From the NCBI GenBank assembly GCA_964398095.1, contig CAYNMI010000001.1:1-34775 (forward strand): a DNA stretch of 34,775 bases, read 5' to 3'. Positions 8,532 through 16,081 of this stretch are shown here, in pieces. The translations under genes were made by a program, and so were the position numbers. The notes beneath the pieces were generated by a model. That model was given only the letters and a program-made list of their open reading frames with translations, was not told the origin of the DNA and made no database searches. Positions within the stretch are counted from its first letter, which is position 1. Every line of letters starts with the position of its first letter. Source of the stretch: an uncultured Desulfobacca sp. GTDB lineage: Bacteria; Desulfobacterota; Desulfobaccia; Desulfobaccales; 0-14-0-80-60-11.

Positions 8532-10964
8532 TTATACCGATTTGGTCAGGCCATACAAGGGATACCCCTCTTCCCAGCGTCGGCGAATTATCCGGTTATC
8601 CCGCAGTAATTCGTTCAAGACCGGGGCGACTTCATCCGACCGTTCCCCCAAGGCCCTGGCGATCGCCGGCGGATTGAGGGGACCGTCGGTCAAGGCCCCG
8701 ATGATCCTGGCGGCCAGATATTCCTCCCGCAGCACATCCTGCATGCTCTCGTCGAAATCCACGGCATTGCATTGATCGCCGGGAAATTCTTTCTCCGATG
8801 GCCTTCTCAAGCTCACTCCCAAAACCCAGCGGACCCGGGGCCGATGCATGGTGGCGTGGGCCGCCAGGAGCCTTTTCTTGGTGTCTTCGGAGCGATCCAC
8901 GGGCCCCACCTGGTCCAGGTGGTCCAGGAAAGAATCCGCCATGCGGATAAAGGCCTCGGGCTGGTTCACCTCCACGTATCCCAAGGCGATGCGTTTCCTC
9001 GACAATCCGGACATGGCCAGCAGCTTCTTCATCAGGTAAACCCGGTGCCAGGTATGGTCCACGCCATAGCCGTAATGGCAGGAGGCGGTGGGCGTACAGC
9101 CGGCCAGCAGAATGCCGTTGGCCCCGTTCAAGAAGGCCATGGACAAAACCGTGGGGTCGATGGAGCCCAGGCAGTTCACCGGGATCAGGTAAACCCGGCT
9201 GGAATAGGCGAGCCCCTTGACGGCAGCCTGCTCGGCCGCGCCCTGGCCGCCCCAACTGCACACCAAGCCCAATACCGCGTCTTGCGGCATCCGGGGGAGA
9301 ATGGCCCTGATCCGGGCTTCCAACTGCTGGGAGCTGTTGTTGAGCAGCTTCATGGCTTCATAGGGACAGGCCGCGGCGCAACTGCCGCCGCCGTCACAGG
9401 TATGGGGACTCACATGCCGGGGGACGGCGCCGTTACCGGCCGCCACACTTTCCACCCCGCCGCAAGTGCAGATCTCGTTGCAGAGTCCGCAGCCCTCGCA
9501 CAGGGACTGGTCCACGGTAACCACCACCAGGGGGCTGGCCAGGCCGCCTTTGCGGGCCTTATCGCGCAGGTGCAGGACTTCCCGGGCCGCGTTTTTCCCC
9601 TGGAGCAGAGCTTCGTCCAGATCGCAGAGTTTCAGGGCCGAACCGGTAAGAATCAGGGATTCCACCGGCTTTTGATCGGGCTTCAGGGCCATGGGACCCT
9701 TCTTCAGGCTGCCGCCGTTGTGCGAGAAGAGGGGCAGGCAGCGCATCAATTCCCGGGCCTTGGCCAGGGGCTCGCCGGGAATGGCTGAAACCACCAGGGT
9801 ATCCCAGCCGACCTCATGTTCCAGGTGATCGTGCGGGTTGACGTAATTCAGATATCCCGATTTGACCACCGGATGGATGTCAGGATTATAGGGATAAAGC
9901 CCGATGCCGCGCCGGCGGGCTTCCACCAGGTCGGGTCCGGTCAGAGGCAACCGAATGTCCGCGGGATACAACACCGTGGGCCTCACCTGGGGATAATTCT
10001 GCACCAACACCTGGCTGGTCCGCCAGGCCGCGGCGGCGGCGAGTTCCTGGGCCCGCCGGCCCTCTTCCCGGTGGTTGACCCAAAAGACCACGCTCCCGGG
10101 TGTTACCCGCTTCCGGGCTAAGCGCTCTTCCAGGTCCAACTGGTCAATGACCCGGTCCGCGCCCCCCATGGCCCAGCCCTCCTCACTGGCGAACTCCCGA
10201 TCCAGGGCCAGGATGATGGCCGAACCCCTCAGTTCACTGACGCCGCCGGGAGATTGCTGCAAACCCACGTGGTAATCCCCCACCTGCCCCATCACATATT
10301 CCACGGGCTGGTCCGGCGCCATCTTGACCCGGGGATTGGCAAAAACTTCCTGGAGCATGGCTTCCAGGTCCCGGAAGTTGAGGCGGTTGCCGGGATAGGT
10401 CCGTTGCAGTCCTGTCAAAACTTCGCCCGGGTCCCGGGCCCCGGGGAATATCAGGCTTTCCATGCCATGATGGGCCAGTTCCCGGGCCGCGGCGAAACCG
10501 GAAATTCCGCCGCCCAGGATCAGGGCCGGACCCTGAAAGTCCGCCAGCACCGGTGCATAGGGTTCCAGCGTTTCGAGGCTGGCCCGGGCGCCCTCCAGCA
10601 GGGCGAGGGCTTTGCGGGTCAGCTCCGGGGAGTCATCTTCATGCACGGCCGCCAGGTGATCTTTCAAATTGACCAGGTCCACCTGGGGCGCCATGATCCC
10701 CAACGGCTTCAGCTCGCGGGCAAACTTCTTTTTCATGATCCGGTCGGAACAGGCGCCGATGAGCACCCGGTTGAGGCCGTGGTCCCGGGCCAGACGGGTC
10801 AAGGCCGCCAGCCCCGGCGCCATGCATAAGTAGGGGTGGATACTGACGTGGCCCACCCCCGGTTCACGGCTCAATTGAGCCCCAACCTCCCCCAGATTCA
10901 TCCGGCCGCTGATTTTTTCCCCACACTCACAGAGAAAGATCCCCAGTTTCACGTCGTCTTGCAT
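8532..10964 (-). CDS. HdrA-like (C-terminal-half type) flavoprotein fused to a ferredoxin domain, an MvhD/FlpD domain and a winged-helix-like tail
   Basis: Track ORF 8532..11000 (-). I prefer the ATG at 10964 (GCGGAGG RBS 5 nt upstream); the alternative ATG at 11000 abuts the upstream stop. Motifs: LGIFLCECGEKISG (HdrA thioredoxin-like domain), ALILGGGISGFAAARELA (dinucleotide fold), CEGCGLCNEIC and CDGGGSCAAACP (ferredoxin-like), and VCSWGG...NCLGSIDP...LLAGCTPTASCHYGYG (MvhD block). Confidence 0.8.
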   Translation of the reverse strand: MQDDVKLGIFLCECGEKISGRMNLGEVGAQLSREPGVGHVSIHPYLCMAPGLAALTRLARDHGLNRVLIGACSDRIMKKKFARELKPLGIMAPQVDLVNLKDHLAAVHEDDSPELTRKALALLEGARASLETLEPYAPVLADFQGPALILGGGISGFAAARELAHHGMESLIFPGARDPGEVLTGLQRTYPGNRLNFRDLEAMLQEVFANPRVKMAPDQPVEYVMGQVGDYHVGLQQSPGGVSELRGSAIILALDREFASEEGWAMGGADRVIDQLDLEERLARKRVTPGSVVFWVNHREEGRRAQELAAAAAWRTSQVLVQNYPQVRPTVLYPADIRLPLTGPDLVEARRRGIGLYPYNPDIHPVVKSGYLNYVNPHDHLEHEVGWDTLVVSAIPGEPLAKARELMRCLPLFSHNGGSLKKGPMALKPDQKPVESLILTGSALKLCDLDEALLQGKNAAREVLHLRDKARKGGLASPLVVVTVDQSLCEGCGLCNEICTCGGVESVAAGNGAVPRHVSPHTCDGGGSCAAACPYEAMKLLNNSSQQLEARIRAILPRMPQDAVLGLVCSWGGQGAAEQAAVKGLAYSSRVYLIPVNCLGSIDPTVLSMAFLNGANGILLAGCTPTASCHYGYGVDHTWHRVYLMKKLLAMSGLSRKRIALGYVEVNQPEAFIRMADSFLDHLDQVGPVDRSEDTKKRLLAAHATMHRPRVRWVLGVSLRRPSEKEFPGDQCNAVDFDESMQDVLREEYLAARIIGALTDGPLNPPAIARALGERSDEVAPVLNELLRDNRIIRRRWEEGYPLYGLTKSV

Positions 10965-11000
10965 GGCCGCCTCCGCGTTGCCGCCCTTCGCCGGCGTCAT

Positions 11001-11579
11001 TCAGGCCACCGCCCGGACCCGGTTGAAGAATTGTTCCATGGCTCCGGTGGGACAGACGTACAGACAGGTCCCGCAGCCGATACACTCCGGACTGGGTAAG
11101 TGATAGGAGGTGGTCACTTCCTTGTGTACGCCCCGGTTGCCGAAGGATAAGCACCCCACCCCGGCCACCTCCTCACAGGCCCGGACGCAGAGGCCGCAGA
11201 GAATACAAACGTCCTCATAACGGCTGCTCTTGAACCTGGATGCTTTGACCCCATAGGTCTGGGCCAGAACTTGCAGCCGCTCCGAGCCGGGGTGCTCGTC
11301 CACCAACATCTGGAGGATCCACCGGCGCACGTTCTGAATGCGGTCGCTCTCGGTCCAGACCTTGAGGCCGGCCCGGATGGGATAGAGACACGATGCCACC
11401 ATCCGGCGCCGCCGGCCGTCGTCCACTTCCACCATGCACAGCCGACAGGCTCCGGACGGTTCCACCGCGCCATGCTGACAGAGGGTGGGGATATCGATGC
11501 CGTGCTCCCGGGCCACCTCCAGAATGGTCCAGCCGTCCTGGCCGCTGACTTCCCGGTCGTTGATGGTGAGATGAACCAT
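11001..11579 (-). CDS. [2Fe-2S] plus 2x[4Fe-4S] ferredoxin-type subunit (NuoG / HydA N-terminal-like)
   Basis: Track ORF 11001..11714 (-), trimmed to the ATG at 11579 (GGAGGA RBS). Starts MVHLTINDREV...; contains CRLCMVEV (2Fe-2S fold), CILCGLCVRAC and CIGCGTCLYVCP. Confidence 0.85.
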   Translation of the reverse strand: MVHLTINDREVSGQDGWTILEVAREHGIDIPTLCQHGAVEPSGACRLCMVEVDDGRRRRMVASCLYPIRAGLKVWTESDRIQNVRRWILQMLVDEHPGSERLQVLAQTYGVKASRFKSSRYEDVCILCGLCVRACEEVAGVGCLSFGNRGVHKEVTTSYHLPSPECIGCGTCLYVCPTGAMEQFFNRVRAVA

Positions 11580-11593
11580 GTCCCATCCTCCTT

Positions 11594-13507
11594 TTAGCAA
11601 ATCTCGATGGCGCCGAACTTGCACGCTTCCGCACAGGCGCCGCACTTGATGCACAGCGCCGGATTGATCCGGTGCGCCTCTTTTTTGGCGCCCGCAATGG
11701 CCCCGGCCGGGCATTCCCGGGCGCAGAGGGTGCAGCCGCTGCAGAGTTCCGGGTTAACGGTGAAAGTGATCAGGTCCCGGCAAACCTTGGCGGGGCACTG
11801 CTTTTTGAGGATGTGGGCCTCGTACTCCTCCCGGAAGTAGCGCAGGGTGGTGAGCACCGGGTTGGGGGCCGAACCGCCCAGGGCGCAGAGAGAGGCGTCC
11901 TGCACCGCCTGGGCCAGGGAGGTGAGTTCATCCAGGTCCTCCAGGGTGCCCTGGCCCCGGGAAAACTCCTCCAGCATGGCATGCATCCGCTTCAGTCCCA
12001 GGCGGCAGGGCGTGCATTTGCCGCAGGATTCGTCCATGAGGAAGTCCAGGAAATACTTGGCCACATCCACCATGCAGGTGGATTGGTCCATGACGATCAT
12101 ACCGCCGGAGCCCATGATGGACCCGGCCTCCCACAGGGAATCAAAGTCGATGGGCAGGTCCCACTTCTCTTTGGGGATGCAGCCGCCCGACGGGCCGCCG
12201 GTCTGCACGGCTTTGAACTCCCGGTCCCCCGGCACCCCGCCGCCGATGGCCATCACCATGTCCTTGATGGTGACCCCCATGGGCACTTCCACCAAACCCA
12301 CGTTCTTCACCTGGCCCACCAGGGAGAAGATCTTGGTGCCCGTACTGCCCGGGGTGCCGATGGACTTGTACCAGTCGGCGCCTTTGCCGATGATGACCGG
12401 CACGTTGGCCCAGGTCTCGACGTTGTTCAGGTTGGAGGGGCGGCCCCAGAGCCCCTTCTCCACCGTATGGACATACTTGGCCTTGGGTTCGCCGGGGTGG
12501 CCTTCAATGGAGGCCATGAGGGCCGTGGATTCGCCGCAGACAAAGGCCCCGCCTCCCAAATTGATTTTCAGGTCGAAATTGAAGCCGGTGCCGAAGAGGT
12601 TCTCTCCCAGGAAGCCGGCCTCCCGGGCCGCAAAAATGGCGTTTTGGAGCGTCTTCACCGCCAGGGGGTACTCGGCCCGCACATAGATGTAGCCTTCGCT
12701 GGCCCCGATGGCGTAGCCGCCGATGAGCATGCCCTCCAGGATGGAGTGGGGATCGCCCTCAATGAGGCTCCGATCCATGTAAGCCCCGGGGTCCCCTTCG
12801 TCGGCGTTGCACAGGACATACTTGGGCCACCCTTTGGCCTTCCGGCAGGATTGCCATTTGACCCCCGTGGGGAAACCGCCGCCGCCCCGCCCCCGCAATC
12901 CCGAGGCGATGATCTGTTCTATGACCTCCTCCGGGGTCATGGCGGTCAGGGCTTGATACAGGGCGGCATAGCCTCCCCGGGCGATATAGTGCTCCAGATT
13001 GTCCGGGTCGATGAAGCCGCAATTGCGCATGGCCAAGCGCCGCTGCATCTTGAAAAAATCCAGTTCCTCATAGAGCGGCACGGAGGCCAGGAAGCCCTTC
13101 AGTTGTTTCCGGCGGTATAGTCGCCGGGGACCGCCATCCAGGAGCATCTCATCCACGTCGATCCGGCCCAGGAGACGCTTTTCCGGATAGCGGATGGAGT
13201 TCATCTCCTCCCAAAATGATTCCACCGCTTTGGGGGTCATGAGCTCGTAGGTCAGGCGGGGGCTGGCCGGCCAGATGAGGTCCACCAGCGGTTCCTTGTA
13301 ACAGAAACCGATGCAGCCGGTCTTTTCCACCACCCCGTCCCACGCTTCGGCCTCGGCCTTCCGGCGCAACAGATCATAGACCTGCTGGGCTCCCGCGGCC
13401 AGGCCGCAGGTGGCCATGCCCACCAGAATCTTGGGCTTGGGGGGGTAAAGGGAGGCCAGGCCGGCGTCCTTCACCTTCTGCAAATCCTCGAGGTTGGTGA
13501 TCTTCAT
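11594..13507 (-). CDS. NuoF / HydB-like NAD(H)-binding FMN iron-sulfur flavoprotein
   Basis: Track ORF 11594..13624 (-), trimmed to the ATG at 13507 (MKITNLEDLQKV...). N-terminal thioredoxin-like 2Fe-2S domain (MATCGLAAG, GCIGFCYKEP). GRGGGGFPTGVKW (FMN site), CNADEGDPGAYMDR and ESCGKCTPCRLG (4Fe-4S). C-terminal CSGCTLCARECP / CIKCGACAEAC. Confidence 0.9.
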   Translation of the reverse strand: MKITNLEDLQKVKDAGLASLYPPKPKILVGMATCGLAAGAQQVYDLLRRKAEAEAWDGVVEKTGCIGFCYKEPLVDLIWPASPRLTYELMTPKAVESFWEEMNSIRYPEKRLLGRIDVDEMLLDGGPRRLYRRKQLKGFLASVPLYEELDFFKMQRRLAMRNCGFIDPDNLEHYIARGGYAALYQALTAMTPEEVIEQIIASGLRGRGGGGFPTGVKWQSCRKAKGWPKYVLCNADEGDPGAYMDRSLIEGDPHSILEGMLIGGYAIGASEGYIYVRAEYPLAVKTLQNAIFAAREAGFLGENLFGTGFNFDLKINLGGGAFVCGESTALMASIEGHPGEPKAKYVHTVEKGLWGRPSNLNNVETWANVPVIIGKGADWYKSIGTPGSTGTKIFSLVGQVKNVGLVEVPMGVTIKDMVMAIGGGVPGDREFKAVQTGGPSGGCIPKEKWDLPIDFDSLWEAGSIMGSGGMIVMDQSTCMVDVAKYFLDFLMDESCGKCTPCRLGLKRMHAMLEEFSRGQGTLEDLDELTSLAQAVQDASLCALGGSAPNPVLTTLRYFREEYEAHILKKQCPAKVCRDLITFTVNPELCSGCTLCARECPAGAIAGAKKEAHRINPALCIKCGACAEACKFGAIEIC

Positions 13508-13512
13508 GGTCC

Positions 13513-13980
13513 TCACCTCTTGCGGTAGTCTTTGACCAGTTGGCCGGCCTTCCTCTGGTTGAGGTTGCCATGAATCTCGTCGTCCACCCGGGCCACCGGC
13601 CCCATGGAACAGCATCCCAGACACCGGACCTTGTTCAGGGAGAACTTGAGATCCCCGGTGGTCCCCTCGGACCCCGGAATTTCCAGGTCGCGCCGCAGCT
13701 TGTCATAGACGTTGGTGGCGCCCTTCACGTGGCAGGCCGTACCCATGCAGACACAGACGTCGTGCTCGCCCTTGGGTTCCAGGCTGAAGGACTTGTAAAA
13801 CGTGGCCACCGCCCAGCCCCGGGCCACGGGCACCCCCAGATGGTTGCAGACCGCCGTCAAGGCCTCCGGCGGGATAAAATTGAATTCCGCCTGGACCTCC
13901 TGGAGGGCGCTGACCAGATGTTCCGGACTGGGCGGATACCGCTCCAGGATGGTTTCCATTCTGCCGAAAGATACGCTCAT
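13513..13980 (-). CDS. NuoE / HydC-like [2Fe-2S] thioredoxin-like ferredoxin subunit
   Basis: 155-aa ORF with the NuoE-type cysteine pattern CVCMGTACHVKG ... CLGCCSMGP. GGAGGG RBS. First gene of the operon. Confidence 0.9.
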   Translation of the reverse strand: MSVSFGRMETILERYPPSPEHLVSALQEVQAEFNFIPPEALTAVCNHLGVPVARGWAVATFYKSFSLEPKGEHDVCVCMGTACHVKGATNVYDKLRRDLEIPGSEGTTGDLKFSLNKVRCLGCCSMGPVARVDDEIHGNLNQRKAGQLVKDYRKR

Positions 13981-14022
13981 GGCCCTGCCCTCCGCCTTCT
14001 GGAGTATTTACCGCAATGCCAG

Positions 14023-14038
14023 AGCAAGCTTGAGGCCA
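14023..14038 (-). promoter_or_regulatory. sigma-54 (-24/-12) promoter of cluster 1: TGGCCTCAAGCTTGCT
   Basis: The reverse complement of 14023-14038 reads TGGCCTCAAGCTTGCT. GG and GC have the canonical spacing of TGGCAC-N5-TTGCW (positions 2-3 and 14-15). It lies about 40 nt upstream of the NuoE-like ATG and downstream of a sigma-54 activator gene. Confidence 0.6.
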
Positions 14039-14372
14039 CATAGCCTATCATAATGAAATTACTGGTAATTTAACGATGCAGGGAAAGGGGCGCGCTGGCC
14101 TTGGGAAGGTAAAATGAGCGAATGTGCAACAAAATTTGAGATAAATTATAGTATAGTTAGAATAATCAGCTAGTTATGATTTTTAAGCCTGATGTCGTAA
14201 AAATGGAACAAAGATGAGGGCCAGAGACATTTTCTCTCGGTTCGCAGGGGTCGATTATAAGACAGGAATGGGATGAAAATAGGACAGATTGCGGAGGTGC
14301 GGTTTCAATAAGATCATTCAAAAACCCGAAAACTCCCCAAAAACAAATTGTCGCAGAATTGCAACCCGCGTT

Positions 14373-15773
14373 TTAGAGATTAATTTCCGCCGCATTGATC
14401 TTATAGGCCTTCATCTTGCGCCAGAGCTTGCTGCGATGAATTTTCAGCAGGCGCGCTGCCTCCTGCTTGTGGCCGGAGGCCTGCTGCAGCGCCTTGACAA
14501 TGGTTTCCCGTTCCATGGCCTCCAGAGGGCTGATGGAGGGTTCTTCCCACAGGGCTTCGGTATGGAAGCGGGAGGCCTCCAGGGGCGGCAGGTGGCGCCG
14601 GGTGATAATCGGCCCTTTGGCAAACACGAAACAGTACTCCAGGACGTGCTGCAGCTCCCGGATATTGCCGGGCCACAGGTGGCGGCTGAAGGTCTTCATG
14701 ACCATGGGGTCCACCCCCCGGACCCGTTTGTTGAATTTGCGGTTGAGCTTTTCCAGAAAGTGCTTGACGAGAATCGGCAGATCCTCCCGTTTGTCCCGCA
14801 GCGGCGGCAGATGAATGGGCACGGTAAAGAGACGGTAGTACAGATCATCCCGGAATTTCCCCTGGCGCATGGCCTCCTTCAGGTCAACATTGGTGGCCGC
14901 GATGATCCTGGCCTCCAGGGGGATTTTGCGGTTGCCGCCCACCCGTTCGTAAGCCCGGTCTTCCAGGACCCTCAAAAGTTTTACCTGGATTTCCGGCCGG
15001 AGTTCGCCGATTTCATCCAGGAACAGCGTCCCGCCCCGGGCCGCCTCGAACCGGCCCGGTTTGGAGGCCACCGCCCCGGTAAAGGCCCCCCGTTCATGGC
15101 CAAAAAGCTCGGACTCCAGCAGGGTCTCGGGAATGGCGGAACAATTTACGGCCTGAAAGGGTCCCTGGCGCCGGGGACTGTGGGCGTGGATGGTCCGGGC
15201 CACCAGTTCCTTGCCGGTGCCTGACTCCCCCTGGATCAGCACATTGGACTCGGACGCGGCAATGATGGGCAGTCTCTGAATGAGCTCCTGTATCTGGGGG
15301 CTGATCCCCACAATCAGGGCCATGGCCTCCCGTTCCTTCTTCCCGGACGCCGGCAGGTGTAAGGCGTTCAGGTCATGAAAGGTTTCTATGCCCCCCAGGA
15401 TCAGGTTGCCGGCCTTCTTGATTTGGGAGGTATTAACCAGGATTAATCTTTTCTGTCCCCCTTTGGTGAGGATTTCCACCTCCCGGTCCAAGACGTATTC
15501 CCCGGTGGTCATGGAGATGCGCATGGGGCATCTTTTGTGGCACAACTCGCTCTGGAAGATTTCCCAGCAGAACTTGCCCAGGGCTTCCTCCCGGGAGAAC
15601 CCGGTGATTTCCTGGGCGGTTTGGTTAAAATAACTCAGTTGCCACCGGGTGTTCACCACGAACACCCCCTCGGGGAATTGGTCCAGGATCTCCGCATGAT
15701 TGAGGCCGAGGAATTTGAGGGCCCGGTCCATATTCTGATGGGCATTCTTTTCAAACGTCAGCACTGGGTCCAC
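14373..15773 (-). CDS. sigma-54-dependent transcriptional activator (PAS - AAA+ - Fis-type HTH), no receiver domain
   Basis: GTG start with a GGAGG RBS. PAS domain ([26 protein letters not shown]) carrying C-x8-C-x3-CP. Walker [15 protein letters not shown] loop (ERGAFTGA), Walker [12 protein letters not shown]-terminal [22 protein letters not shown]. Confidence 0.9.
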   Translation of the reverse strand: MDPVLTFEKNAHQNMDRALKFLGLNHAEILDQFPEGVFVVNTRWQLSYFNQTAQEITGFSREEALGKFCWEIFQSELCHKRCPMRISMTTGEYVLDREVEILTKGGQKRLILVNTSQIKKAGNLILGGIETFHDLNALHLPASGKKEREAMALIVGISPQIQELIQRLPIIAASESNVLIQGESGTGKELVARTIHAHSPRRQGPFQAVNCSAIPETLLESELFGHERGAFTGAVASKPGRFEAARGGTLFLDEIGELRPEIQVKLLRVLEDRAYERVGGNRKIPLEARIIAATNVDLKEAMRQGKFRDDLYYRLFTVPIHLPPLRDKREDLPILVKHFLEKLNRKFNKRVRGVDPMVMKTFSRHLWPGNIRELQHVLEYCFVFAKGPIITRRHLPPLEASRFHTEALWEEPSISPLEAMERETIVKALQQASGHKQEAARLLKIHRSKLWRKMKAYKINAAEINL

Positions 15774-15949
15774 GTTTTCCTCCTGTGGATCAAGAGGCGG
15801 GAAAAGGCCGGCTCGGTTCAGTTCACGATCAGGCCAAGATGGCTGTATGGCTCCTCCTCATTTTGAGTCTTACCACGATGGGCGGCCAGGCCGGCATCGC
15901 CGGCGAGGCCCACAGGCTGGAGAACGAAGCCCTTTTGAAAATATTATAA

Positions 15950-15965
15950 AGCAATTTCTATGCCA
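15950..15965 (-). promoter_or_regulatory. sigma-54 promoter of the cluster-1 activator gene: TGGCATAGAAATTGCT
   Basis: The reverse complement of 15950-15965 reads TGGCATAGAAATTGCT, with canonical GG/GC spacing. The 16-mer is identical to 19988-20003, which lies upstream of the paralogous activator. Confidence 0.6.
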
Positions 15966-16081
15966 AAGCAAAATCCCCTGGCCTGCGGTCCAGCCGGAGA
16001 CATCCGGCCAGGGGAACGGTAGATGGGGCAGGGTTCAGGTGAATTCGCCGCTGACCATGACCACTCTGCCCCGCCGCGTTT

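Noticed and set aside
11672-13120. 482-aa plus-strand ORF (also 8772..9788 +, 22259..23212 -, 23381..24226 -, 25565..26713 -, 30450..31349 -, 28142..28981 -, 34075..34752 -)
   Set aside because: All are antisense to genes with strong family signatures (NuoF-like, HdrA-like, HdrL, HdrA, MvhD, CbiQ). All have Arg/Gly/Pro/His-rich low-information translations. I treat them as shadow ORFs.
15838-15852. GATGGCTGTATGGCT shared with GATGGCTGTATCGGCT at 19795-19810 near the two activator genes
   Set aside because: The two copies lie in different positions and orientations relative to their promoters: in the 5' UTR in one case and about 190 nt upstream in the other. They also differ by an indel. This may be a remnant of the duplication or chance, and there is not enough evidence to call a site.
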